From Macrostomum lignano (lineage: Eukaryota): a stretch of 64,000 nucleotides of DNA. The position numbers and the translations under genes were made by a program. The stretch spans positions 130,050 to 194,049 of the forward strand of contig NIVC01002005.1 in the NCBI GenBank assembly GCA_002269645.1. The letters run 5' to 3'. Shown here in pieces: positions 14,733-27,225 of this stretch (the stretch's first letter is position 1; each line of letters starts with the position of its first letter). The notes under the pieces were generated by a model. It made no database searches and was not told the DNA's origin. It saw only the letters and a program-made list of their open reading frames with translations.

Positions 14733-14991
14733 TGGCGCCAGCACCAGGGGCGCCAGCACCAGGGGCGCCAGCACCAGGGGCGCCAGCACCAGGGGCGCCA
14801 GCACCAGGGGCGCCAGCACCAGGGGCGCCAGCACCAGGGGCGCCAGCACCAGGGGCGCCAGCACCAGGGGCGCCAGCACCAGGGGCGCCAGCACCAGGGG
14901 CGCCAGCACCAGGGGCGCCAGCACCAGGGGCGCCAGCACCAGGGGCGCCAGCGCTAGGAGCGCCAGCACCAGGGGCGCCAGCACCAGGGGC
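14733..14991. repeat. GC-rich 15 bp minisatellite (GGCGCCAGCACCAGG), nearly perfect
   Basis: About 17 near-identical copies inside receptor intron 2. Confidence 0.95.
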
Positions 14992-15404
14992 GGGATTTCG
15001 CACTCTAGACGGGGCCCAGACAAACTTTTGATGTGAAACTTGAACTTTCTACTCCCACATACTTTGGAGTCGCGAAATTATCAATCCAATTGTTGCTGGG
15101 GTGCTTGCCACTGGTGAGCCAGCTATTTTAAACTTATTTATTCGGGGAGATGTTCTTTTACGCACCAGCTAGCAACTTTGCCTGCTCAGTAAAGGTCAGT
15201 ATCGGTGCAATGCTAACTTGAGTTGATATTTTGTGTTTCATTGTATAAATTTATTCTTTCTGTATTTTTTTCACACATCTCTGAGAGTTAATACACTTTT
15301 CGTCAATAATTCTTTAAGACATTCCAAAGTTCTCCGGAAGACAACTTTCTGTCTTTCTCTAATCACAATAACTAATCCCATACTCGATATTGCAGTCCAT
15401 TATC

Positions 15405-17006
15405 TAAGACAGTCCCATAATCTTTCCCTAAGACAGTCCCCTAATGCTTCCCTAAGACAGTCCCCTAATAAGACAGTCCCCTAATGCTTCCCTAAGACAG
15501 TCCCCTAATGCTTCCCTAAGACAGTCCCCTAATGCTTCCCTAAGACAGTCCCCTAATGCTTCCCTAAGACAGTCCCCTAATGCTTCCCTAAGACAGTCCC
15601 CTAATGCTTCCCTAAGACAGTTCCCTAATGCTTCCCTAAGACAGTCCCCAATCTTTCCCTAAGACAGTTCCCTAATGCTTCCCTAAGACAGTCCCCTAAT
15701 GCTTCCCTAGGACAGTCCCCTAATGCTTCCCTAAGACAGTCCCCTAATGCTTCCCTAAGACAGTCCCCTAATGCTTCCCTAAGACAGTCCTTTAATGCTT
15801 CCCTAAGACAGTTCCCTAATGCTTCCCTAAGACAGTCCCCTAATGCTTCCCTTAGACAGTCCCCTAATGCTTCCCTAAGAAAGTCCCCTAATGCTTCCCT
15901 AAGACAGTCCCCTAATTCTTTCCTAAGACAGTCCCCTAATGCTTCCCTAAGACAGTCCCCTAATGCTTTCCTAAGACAGTCCCCTAATGCTTCCCAAAGA
16001 CAGTTCACTAATGCTTCCCTAAGACAGTTCCCTAATGCTTCCCTAAGACAGTTCCCTAATGCTTCTCTAAGACAGTTCCCTAATGCTTCCCTAAGACAGT
16101 TCACTAATGCTTCCCTGAGACAGTTCCCTAATGCTTCCCTAAGACAGTTCCCTAATGCTTCCCTAAGACAGTTCCCTAATGCTTTCCTTAGACAGTTTCT
16201 AATGCTTCCCTAAGACAATTCCTAATGCTTCCCTAAGACAGTTCCTAATGCTTCCCTAAGACAGTTCCCTAATGCTTCCCTAAGACAGTTCCCTAATGCT
16301 TCCCTAAGACAGTTCACTAATGCTTCCCTAAGACAGTTCCCTAATGCTTCCCTAAGACAGTTCCCTAATGCTTCCCTAAGACAGTTCCCTAATGCTTCCC
16401 TAAGACAGTTCCCTAATGCTTTCCTTAGACAGTTTCTAATGCTTCCCTAAGACAATTCCTAATGCTTCCCTAAGACAGTTCCTAATGCTTCCCTAAGACA
16501 GTCCCCTAATGATTCCCTAAGACAGTTCCTAATGCTTCCCTAAGACAGTCCCCTAATGCTTTCCTAAGACAGTCCCCTAATGCTTCCCTAAGACAGTCCC
16601 CTAATGATTCCCTAAGACAGTTCCCTAATGCTTCCCTAAGACAGTTCCCTAATGCTTCCCTAAGACAGTTCCCTAATGCTTCCCTAAGACAGTTCACTAA
16701 TGCTTCCCTAAGACAGTTCCCTAATGCTTCCCTAAGACAGTTCACTAATGCTTTCCTAAGACAGTCCCCTAATGCTTCCCTAAGACAGTCCCCTAATGCT
16801 TCCCTAAGACAGTTCACTAATGCTTCCCTAAGACAGTTCCCTAATGCTTCCCTAAGACAGTTCCCTAATGCTTCCCTAAGACAGTTCCCTAATGCTTTCC
16901 TTAGACAGTTTCTAATGCTTCCCTAAGACAATTCCTAATGCTTCCCTAAGACAGTTCCTAATGCTTCCCTAAGACAGTTCCCTAATGCTTCCCTAAGACA
17001 GTCCCT
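15405..17006. repeat. Minisatellite, 24 bp unit (CCCTAATGCTTCCCTAAGACAGTC)
   Basis: About 66 copies; a variant block (TTTCCTTAGACAGTTTCTAATG...) recurs three times; ends ~40 nt before the exon 3 acceptor. Confidence 0.97.
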
Positions 17007-17048
17007 AATCCCAACAACAGTCGGCCTCCAACCCTCCCAAACCCGCAG

Positions 17049-17827
17049 GTTCATCGCGGTCACCCAGCCCATTAAGTACGCCAAGCACAGGAACTCCAAG
17101 CGAGCTCACGTGACCATCGCGGCCACCTGGCTGCTCTCTATCGGCATCGCCCTGCCGATCGGCTGCGGCCTGCAGAATCTGCAGGGCCTCCGCTATCACG
17201 AGAAGTTCCGTCACGTTTGCACATTTTTCAATGGCGATTTTCTGATCTACTCCAGCCTGGGCAGCTTCTACATCCCCTGCCTGGTGATGCTGGTGCTGTA
17301 CTACCGCATCTTCACCGTGATCCGCAGTCGGGCTAAGAAAGTCAGCAAAGCCAACGACAAGAAGCTTCGGACTCTGTCTAACCAGCAGCAGCAGCAACCG
17401 AAAGAATGTGTCAACAATGCCAAGTCTAAAAAAATTCAAAGACCCCAGACTCTTGCCGCTCCATCAATGGCGAATGCGGCTGGCGACTGCGCCGCTTGTC
17501 AGGTGGACGGAATTTACACCGGCGAGGAGGCTGCCCCGCACACCTGCCGGCTGCCGAGCATCGACTCGCCGCAGCTGCTCACGGAGAGCCAGACCCTGGC
17601 CGGCCCGTCCAACTCCGACAACAGCGGACCTCAGAGCGGCGACAGCGGCGGCGGAGGCGGAACCAGCAACAACAAGAAGCAGCAGCCGAATCATCAGAAG
17701 CAGCAGAAGAAGCAGCCGCTGTTTCAGCAGCTCAAGTTGCGCAAGAAACCGACAGGCAGCAGCAAGGCGGAGAGGTCGGCCGCCAAAAGGGAGAAGAAGG
17801 CCACCAAGACTTTGGCGATTGTGCTGG
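17049..17827 (+). CDS. DRD2: D2-like dopamine receptor exon 3 (ICL2, TM4, TM5, long Q/K-rich ICL3, start of TM6)
   Basis: cgcag|(R)FIAVTQPIKYAKHRNSKR...FLIYSSLGSFYIPC...KREKKATKTLAIVLG|gtgagc; TM5 serines 5.42/5.43/5.46 of catecholamine receptors. Confidence 0.93.
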
Positions 17828-17974
17828 GTGAGCTGGGGAGGGGTGGGTCGAGTCTTACCTAATCACCGGCTGTCATAGGTGCTTTCAAGACCTGTTTTCA
17901 CCCATGACTCTCATGTCCTGACCGTCTCATCCTCACTGCCGACTGTGAGAATGTATTTTAACCATTTATTGTGA

Positions 17975-18556
17975 CATCACCTGACCCCTCTGACCCTCCT
18001 GACCACCCTGACCCCTTTGACCCCTCTGACCCTCGTGACCACAATGACCCCTCTGACCCTCGTGACCACAATGACCCCTCTGACCCTCCTGACCACCCTG
18101 ACCCCTTTGACCCCTCTGACCCTCGTGACCACAATGACCCCTCTGACCCTCCTGACCACAATGACCCCTCTGACCCTCCTGACCACAATGACCCTTTTTA
18201 CGCGTCTGAGTCTCCTGACCACCCTGACTCCTATGAACCCTCTGACCCCTATGACCCCTGTGATTCCTCTGAGCCTTATGACCACTATGACCCCTTTGAC
18301 CCCTCTGACCCTTCTGACTACCCTGACCCCTTTGAACCCTTTAACCCCTTTGACACTGAAGCGACTTCTGCCCTCCTTCCGTTCACTAGCCTTCTCTCTC
18401 ACCCTCTCTTCACTCTGATTGGTCCTCACCTCGTCCCTCCTCAGCCTCCCGTTCTCACTCCACCCTCCTTTTATTATTCTGGACTCAACCCCCTTAAGTT
18501 GATGTCTTTACCAGACACCTCTGACCCCATGACCCCTCTGACCCCTTTGACCCCCC
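17975..18556. repeat. 9-bp-based minisatellite (TGACCCCTC variants) in intron 3, running into the exon 4 acceptor
   Basis: Direct inspection; interrupted by a pyrimidine-rich stretch at about 18365-18510. Confidence 0.85.
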
Positions 18557-18560
18557 GCAG

Positions 18561-18793
18561 GAGTTTTTCTACTATGCTGGCTTCCATTCTTCATCACCAA
18601 CCTGATGTGGGCCGCCTGCTTAAAGAATTTCGACCATCAGGAGTCGCTGGGCATCATCTGCCAATACGACAGGCGCATCAACGTGTTCATAGTGTGGCTG
18701 GGCTACGTGAACAGCTTCCTTAATCCGGTAATTTACACCATATTCAATAACGAATTTCGAAAAGCTTTCAAGAAGCTGCTGCACATTCAGTGA
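18561..18793 (+). CDS. DRD2: D2-like dopamine receptor exon 4 (TM6, TM7, helix 8, stop); spliced product ~532 aa
   Basis: cgcag|(G)VFLLCWLPFFITNL...WLGYVNSFLNPVIYTIFNNEFRKAFKKLLHIQ*; exon sum 474+113+779+233=1599 nt. Confidence 0.93.
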
Positions 18794-18945
18794 CTGCCCG
18801 TGAGGGGCGACACCCGACATGACTTGAACAGCATCAGCCATGGAGGTATTGTAGTATATATTTTAGTGTACTTTATACTGCTGTTATGCACCTTTATACA
18901 ATACCAAATTGTACCTTACAGTGAGCATATCCGCCTATGTTATTA

Positions 18946-18951
18946 AATAAA
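18946..18951 (+). terminator. Candidate polyadenylation signal of the D2-like receptor
   Basis: AATAAA ~150 nt after the stop codon. Confidence 0.5.
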
Positions 18952-18967
18952 TCAATATTTGGTCTCA

Positions 18968-20500
18968 TTCTGACTGTCTCACCCCCTGACTGTCTCACCC
19001 CCTGACTACCTCACCCCCTGACTATCTCACCCCCTGACTGTCTCACCCCCTGACTGTCTCACCCCCTGACTATCTCACCCCTGACTGTCTCACCCCCTGA
19101 CTGTCTCACCCACTGACTATCTCACCCCCTGACTGTCTCACCCCCTGACTATCTCACCCCCTGACTATCTCACCCCCTGACTATCTCACCCCCTGACAGT
19201 CTTACCCCCTGACTGTCTCACCCCCTGACTGTCTCACCCCCTGAATGTCTCACCCCCTGACTGTCTCACCCCCTGACTGTCTCACCCCCTGACTGTCTCA
19301 CCCCCTGACTGTCTCACCCCCTGACTGTCTCACCCTGACTATCTCACCCCCTGACTGTCTCACCCCCTGACTGTCTTACCCCTGACTGTCTCACCCCCTG
19401 ACTGTCTTACCCCTGACTATCTCACCCCCTGACCGTCTCACCCCTGACTGTCTCACCCCCTGACTGTCTCACCTCCTGACTGTCTTACCCCCTGAATGTC
19501 TCACCCCCTGACCGTCTCACCCCCTGACTATCTCACCCCGTGACTGTCTAACCCCATGACTGTCTCACCACCTGACTGTCTCACCCCCTGACTGTTTCAC
19601 CCCCTGACTGTCTCACCCCCTGACTATCTCACCCCCTGAATGTCTCACCCCCTGAATGTCTCACCCCCTGAATGTCTCACCCCCTGACTGTCTCACCCCC
19701 TGACTGTCTCACCCCCTGACTGTCTCACCCCCTGACTGTCTCACCCCGTGGCTGTCTAACCCCATGACTGTCTCACCACCTGACTGTCTCACCCCCTGAC
19801 TGTTTCACCCCCTGACTGTCTCACCCCCTGACTATCTCACCCCCTGACTATCTCACCCCCTGACTATCTCACCCCTGACTGTCTTACCCCTGACTGTCTC
19901 ACCCCCTGACTGTCTTACCCCTGACTGTCTCACCCCCTGACTATCTCACCCCTGACTATCTCACCCCCTGACTGTCTCACCCCCTGACTGTCTCACTCCC
20001 TGACTGTCTTACCCCCTGACTGTCTCACTCCCTGACTGTCTCACCCCCTGACTGTCTCACCCCCTGACTTTCTTACCCCTGACTATCTCACCCCCTGACT
20101 GTCTCACCCCCTGACTATCTCACCCCCTGACCGTCTCACCCCCTGACTGTCTCACCCCCTGACTGTCTCACCCCCTGACTGTCTCACTCCCTGACTATCT
20201 CACCCCCTGACTGTCTCACCCCCTGACTATCTCACCCCCTGAATGTCTCACCCCCTGAATGTCTCAACCCCTGAATGTCTCAACCCCTGGATGTCTCAAC
20301 CCCTGGATGTCTCACCCCCTGAATGTCTCAACCCCTGAATGTCTCAACCCCTGGATGTCTCAACCCCTGACTGTCTCACCCCCTGAATGCCTCACCCCCT
20401 GAATGTCTCAACCCCTGAATGTCTCAACCCCTGGATGTCTCACCCCCTGAATGCCTAACCCCCTGAATGCCTCACCCCCTGACTGTCTCACCACCTGACC
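18968..20500. repeat. Minisatellite, 16 bp unit (CTGACTGTCTCACCCC)
   Basis: About 95 copies. Confidence 0.97.
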
Positions 20501-20931
20501 GTCTTGTACTCTATACCGTTATGCATCTTTATTGAATTCGCAGATTAATGAGCATATCTATCTAAGATAAGAAATATTAGTTTAAAAAATCTCCTGATTT
20601 TTCCCATATTTATGCAAAGCCTACAAGCTGTGTAAATATTATTATTATTAGCTGCATGAATTATTGTTATTGATAATCCATAAATGGAAACCCAATGCAA
20701 TATTTTGTTATTGTTTTGCTTCTAAAATAATCAACTTTACATAATACATGTTTTGTTTGTTCCGATGTCAAACAGCAAGGTTATATATTGATATAATGTA
20801 ACTAATTGTAATTGGCTTTGCTTCAGCACCGATTTATGATTGCAAATTTTTATGATTTCAGTAGCGTCTTAGCCACATGTTTGTGACAGTCTTTTTCTTT
20901 TGAATTTTCTAGAGCAGCAAAGCTCATGATG

Positions 20932-22030
20932 CTCAAATACGAGTCTGTCAGCTGCTCAAATATGAGTCTGTCAGCTGCTCAAATATTAGCCTGTCAGCTG
21001 CTCAAATATGAGTCTGTAGCTGCTCAAATATGAGTCTGTAGCTGCTCAAATACGAGTCTGTAGCTGCTCAAATATGAGTCTGTAGCTACCCAAATACGAG
21101 TCTGTAGCTGCTCAAATATGAGTCTGTAGCTACCCAAATACGAGTCTGTAGCTGCTCAAATATGAGTCTGTAGCTACCCAAATACGAGTCTGTAGCTGCT
21201 CAAATACGAGTCTGTAGCTGCTCAAATACGAGTCTGTAGCTACCCAAATACGAGTCTGTAGCTGCTCAAATACGAGTCTGTAGCTGCTCAAATACGAGTC
21301 TGTAGCTGCTCAAATACGAGTCTGTAGCTGCTCAAATACGAGTCTGTAGCTGCTCAAATACGAGTCTGTAGCTGCTCAAATACGAGTCTGTAGCTGCTCA
21401 AATACGAGTCTGTAGCTGCTCAAATACGAGTCTGTAGCTGCTCAAATACGAGTCTGTAGCTGCTCAAATACGAGTCTGTAGCTGCTCAAATACGAGTCTG
21501 TAGCTGCTCAAATACGAGTCTGTAGCTGCTCAAATACGAGTCTGTAGCTGCTCAAATACGAGTCTGTAGCTGCTCAAATACGAGTCTGTAGCTACCCAAA
21601 TACGAGTCTGTAGCTGCTCAAATACGAGTCTGTAGCTGCTCAAATACGAGTCTGTAGCTGCTCAAATACGAGTCTGTAGCTGCTCAAATACGAGTCTGTA
21701 GCTGCTCAAATACGAGTCTGTCAGATGCTCAAATACGAGTCTGTAGCTGCTCAAATATGAGTCTGTAGCTGCTCAAATACGAGTCTGTAGCTGCTCAAAT
21801 ATGAGTCTGTAGCTACCCAAATACGAGTCTGTAGCTGCTCAAATACGAGTCTGTAGCTGCTCAAATAAGACTCTGTCAGATGCTCAAATAAGACTCTGTC
21901 AGATGCTCAAATACGAGTCTGTCAGATGCTCAAATACGACTCTGTCGATGCTCAAATACGAGTCTAGCTGCTCAAATACGAGTCTGTAGCTGCTCAAATA
22001 CGAGTCTGTTAGATGCTCAAATACGCAGTC
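20932..22030. repeat. Minisatellite, 22 bp unit (GCTGCTCAAATACGAGTCTGTA)
   Basis: About 49 copies. Confidence 0.97.
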
Positions 22031-22477
22031 TGTGTGAGTCTATTTTGCATGTAAACCTCAAATTAGACATTTTAAGGACTAGTTGTCGTCTTGTATTTAT
22101 TGCGTGGGACAGCGGGAGGGCAGAGGGGCGGTTGTATCAGTTAAGGTCGAACAGGATAAAATTGATAAAAATTTCGAATAGCGCCTGGAGCACGTGACTT
22201 GGATTAAATCGGAAAAAAATTTTTTGCGAACACGCGGATATTGTTTCCGTGACAATTAATTTATCCAACTTTCTAATTTCTTCTGACAGCTCTGACTCGA
22301 TAATTAGTTCGAACTGATGAGGATTGGAGCTGAGATAGAAATATCTTGCTTGACTATGATTTTACTGAAAACTAGCTTACTAAATATGACATTGGCTCTA
22401 AGTTTGGAAAATTGGGATCAGTAACAACTTTATAAATATGAAATTTAAATGACGTTGACTAGCTCCACTTATAAGGA

Positions 22478-23310
22478 AGTGGCAATGATTGATAAGGAAG
22501 TGACAATGATTGATAAGGAAATGACAATGATTGATAAGGGACTGGCAATGATTGATAAGAACTGGCAATGATTGATAAGGAAATGACAATGATTGATAAG
22601 GAACTGGCAATGATTGATAAGGGACTGGCAATGATTGATAAGAACTGGCAATGATTGATAAGGAAGTGGCAATGATTGATAAGGGACTGGCAATGATTGA
22701 TAAGGAAATGACAATGATTGATAAGGAACTGGCAATGATTGATAAGGGACTGGCAATGATTGATAAGAACTGGCAATGATTGATAAGGAAGTGGCAATGA
22801 TTGATAAGGGACTGGCAATGATTGATAAGGAAATGACAATGATTGATAAGGAAATGACAATGATTGATAAGGAACTGGCAATGATTGATAAGGGACTGGC
22901 AATGATTGATAAGGAACTGGCAATGATTGATAAGGAAATGACAATGATTGATAAGGAACTGGCAATGATTGATAAGGGACTGGCAATGATTGATAAGAAC
23001 TGGCAATGATTGATAAGGAAGTGGCAATGATTGATAAGGGACTGGCAATGATTGATAAGGAAATGACAATGATTGATAACGAAGTGGCAATGATTGATAA
23101 GGAAGTGAACATGATTGATAAGGAAGTGAACATGATTGATAAGTATCTGACAATGATTGATAAGGAAGTGGCAATGATTTATAAGAAAATGACAATGATT
23201 GATAAGGAAATGACAATGATTGATAAGGAAATGACAATGATTGATAAGGAAATGACAATGATTGATAAGGAAATGACAATGATTGATAAGGAAGTGGCGA
23301 TGATTGATCG
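22478..23310. repeat. Minisatellite, 21 bp unit (ATGATTGATAAGGAAATGACA variants)
   Basis: About 39 copies with recurring higher-order variant order. Confidence 0.97.
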
Positions 23311-24140
23311 GTAAATGGCCCTGATTGTAAAATATTTTTACAGTTTAGTCGGATTCCAACAGAAAACCGAGCTCATCATTTCAATTTGAAAGAAGAAATT
23401 ATTTTTTTCTTTAAATAATTTAGACCCATCTACTGTTAGTAGACAGTTTAGCTAATTTACTCTTTTTCCGTTCCATTTTAGTTTATCAACGTGTCCACAA
23501 AATATTGCAAAATTAATAACTTGTCTTTTTATTGTGTTGCACCCTTGGGCGGCCATGGAAAATGAGAAACATTGGATACAGACTATTCAATAAAATTAAG
23601 CTCCCAGTAACCAGCATCTTCCATTGTCCCCAGCAAGATGTTTAGATAAAGTGGATATTCAGTTTAAGCCAGCTTGTTTACCCATTCGAAAACTGTACTG
23701 CACAAACTCTATCCTCTACAGAGAGGTTCTTCGAATTATAGAAATCGCTACATTAATATTGTAGCTGTTTTCCTACGTAGTAGCTAAATTGAACTTTAAT
23801 TTAAAATGGCTCTTTTTTCTTAATTTACTATGGCGTAAGTTTTTCATATATTTGTAAATCTTTCACAGTTTTATAATTTTTGTTATTGAGATTCTTGGGA
23901 TTTCAAGAACTTCTCTATCGATTGTCCAACTTTGTGTAATACGTCAAAAATTGCAATGTTTTGTAAACCTGAACGCTATGTGCGTCCATTGGTCCAGGAG
24001 GCTGATTGGCTATGGGATGTGCCTTGCCTCTTGTTATGAATATGATGAATGCAGTTCACTGCTGTAGCAACTGGGTATTTCAGTTTTCTACTTATAACTG
24101 CATGCGTCAGTTAGCAACATCGGTTCAAAACGCAAACCGG

Positions 24141-24265
24141 ATGGAGCAGCATTTGAATCAGGTGGGATCAGCTGGTCACCAGGAGGTGCCGCAATTATTG
24201 CCACAGAACACCATTGGATCTCTGGCAGGTTTGCCGGCGAAGCAGCTCAGCTTTCAGGATGTCTT
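24141..24265 (+). CDS. C2H2 zinc-finger gene, probable first coding exon (MEQHLNQVGSAG...SFQDVL)
   Basis: Phase-2 donor TT|gtaagt at 24265/24266 matches the phase of the next exon. ATG 24141 follows an acceptor-like cag at 24110; the start is uncertain. Confidence 0.55.
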
Positions 24266-24399
24266 GTAAGTTGTGACCGTTTTAATTTTAATTTTGTTTT
24301 GTGTTGGGAGTTTCAATATGTAAATGTGCATCTGGAATCAACAGAACATAATTTTTAAAAGGCAGCGAATCGATCTGTGAACCAAAAATTAATCAAATA

Positions 24400-24772
24400 T
24401 TCAATCAATAATTCAATACATCAACCAATCAGCAAATCAATCAATCAGTCAGTTAATTAATTAATCCATCAATCAATCGATCAATCAATCAATCCATCAA
24501 TCAATCAGTCAGTTAATCAATCAATCAATCAATCAGTCAATCAATCAATCCATCCAGCAATCAATCTATCAATCTATTATTCTATCAATCTATCAATCCA
24601 TCAATCTATCAATCTATCAATCTATCAATCCACCAATCTATCAATCTATCAATCCATCAATCTATCAATCTATCAATCTATCAATCCACCAATCTATCAA
24701 TCTATCAATCTATCAATCCACCAATCTATCAATATATCAATCTATCAACCTATCAACCTATCAATCGATCAA
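24400..24772. repeat. (ATCA)n / (TCAATCTA)n microsatellite
   Basis: Ends ~12 nt before the zinc-finger exon acceptor. Confidence 0.92.
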
Positions 24773-24786
24773 TAAATAAATTCCAG

Positions 24787-25028
24787 ATTTGACCCAGACC
24801 AGCCGCCCCCACCGGGAGCAGCCCAGACCAGCAACCCTCAGCAGCAGCTCCAGTGCCGCCTGTGCAACCGGGACTTCCGATTCCAGAGAAACCATGGGCG
24901 TCACGTGACCCAGCGGAATTCAATTGGCCAGGCGAGGCCACCAGCGGACACAGTGCTGCAGTGCAAGCTGTGTCCGTACACCACCAGACACTACAGCAAC
25001 ATGTACGTGCACATAAGGACCCACACAG
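24787..25028 (+). CDS. C2H2 zinc-finger gene exon: one degenerate finger and one canonical finger
   Basis: ttccag|FDPDQ...CRLCNRDFRFQRNHGRHVTQR...CKLCPYTTRHYSNMYVHIRTHT G|gtaagc; not in the ORF track in this frame. Confidence 0.88.
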
Positions 25029-25366
25029 GTAAGCAACCCAAATGAACTGCAGTCCTGCAGGATACTGAAATGAAAATTTGCTGTGGAATTAAATTTCAAA
25101 ACTAGAACTGTGGATCTTATGTGCATACGGATGCGAAATATCGGATTTGTGGCTGATGAAAAGAGTCACGGGGATGCGTGCGGATAGCGGGAATAAAATG
25201 TTAGCGAAGTATCGATGCGAATTTTGCTGAGCAGTTTTGCTACAATAACTCATATGATGTGGCTGCTGCAGTTCGCGTTTGTGGCCTGAGGAAACTGCGC
25301 AACTGCCTGCATGAACTGGCATGGAAATTTTCCTCTGCGATTGAGGGAATTTATGAATTTGCAGGG

Positions 25367-26003
<637 letters not shown>

Positions 26004-26019
26004 CCGCTCTCCCCATCAG

Positions 26020-26543
26020 GTGACAAGCCCTACAGGTGCAGCTGCTGCGGTGCCGCCTTCACCCAGGGCAGCTCTCTCAAGCTGCACATACGCAGCCGTC
26101 ACCATGGCAACATGTCCTACTTCTCGCTGAGCAAGAAGCTGGTCAAGAGCAACCTCACCAGACTGTGGCACCGAGTTTCGGCCGGAGCTCAGCCTTGCGC
26201 TGCTGCCGGCACCTCGGCCATCCTGACGGAGCTCCGGACGGCGGTCAAAGCGGAGCCTCTGCAGCCATTCCAGGCGGAGACTGCAGTGCGCCACCGAGCC
26301 ACCATGACGGAGCCTCATCATCTCGAGGCCTGCAGCGCCACCGCCTCGGCCGCAGCTGCATCGCAGGCAGTCGAGGAGAATCGAAGACTTCGACTGGAGC
26401 TGCGAGCCGCCAGGCAGACGGTGGAGCGGCTGCTTGCTTTCGGGCTGTTGCACCTGCCCGGAGGCGCTGGCGGCGTTGTTGAAGGCGTTGGCCAATTCTT
26501 AGAACTGTTGATGCGGCCGCAGGGATGGGGGGCGCTGGATTAA
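26020..26543 (+). CDS. C2H2 zinc-finger gene terminal exon (TGDKPY linker, finger CSCCGAAFTQGSSLKLHIRSRH, A-rich tail); ~296 aa total; candidate flatworm ZFP-1 family
   Basis: atcag|GT GAC AAG CCC TAC completes HTGDKPY across the intron; open frame to TAA at 26543. Confidence 0.88.
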
Positions 26544-26654
26544 CGTCATTTCGGAATTTGGAGTCTAGAGCTGAATCTGATAATTTATTTATTGCATCGA
26601 AAATTTTTATTTGAGTATAAATTAATCATTACACGGATAACCTGTTCTTAGGTA

Positions 26655-27225
26655 AGCAGATCTGTCACTCCATCAATTACAGATCTGTCACTCCATCAAT
26701 TACAGATCTGTCACTCCATCAATTACAGATCTGTCACTCCATCAATTACAGATCTGTCACTCAATCAATTACAGATCTGTCACTCAATCAATTACAGATC
26801 TGTCACTCAATCAATTACAGATCTGTCACTCAATCAATTACAGATCTGTCACTCCATCAATTACAAATCTGTCACTCCATCAATTACAAATTTGTCACTC
26901 CATCAATTACAGATCTGTCACTCAATCAATTACAGATCTGTCACTCAATCAATTACAGATCTGTCACTCCATCAATTACAGATCTGTCACTCCATCAATT
27001 ACAGATCTGTCACTCAATCAATTACAGATCTGTCACTCCATCAATTACAGATCTGTCACTCAATCAATTACAGTTCTGTCACTCCATCAATTACAAATTT
27101 GTCACTCCATCAATTACAGATCTGTCACTCCATCAATTACAGATCTGTCACTCCATCAATTACAAATCTGTCACTCCATCAATTACAGATCTGTCACTCC
27201 ATCAATTACAGATCTGTCACTCCAA
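26655..27225. repeat. Minisatellite, 23 bp unit (ACAGATCTGTCACTCCATCAATT)
   Basis: About 25 copies. Confidence 0.97.

Noticed and set aside
14651-15036. Collagen/elastin-like GAPGA and QHQGR ORFs
   Set aside because: Perfect 15-bp array with no synonymous variation, inside receptor intron 2.
15625-16817. CLREALGD repeat ORFs
   Set aside because: Antisense reading of the 24-bp array.
17971-18723. 250-aa DPSDP ORF
   Set aside because: Intronic repeat running into a wrong frame of receptor exon 4.
22398-23314. MIDKELA heptad (coiled-coil-like) ORFs
   Set aside because: 21-bp array; similar ORFs on both strands; no exon signals.
26016-26495. Antisense and alternate-frame ORFs over the zinc-finger last exon and over receptor exon 3 (17005-17878)
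   Set aside because: GC-rich shadows of real coding exons.
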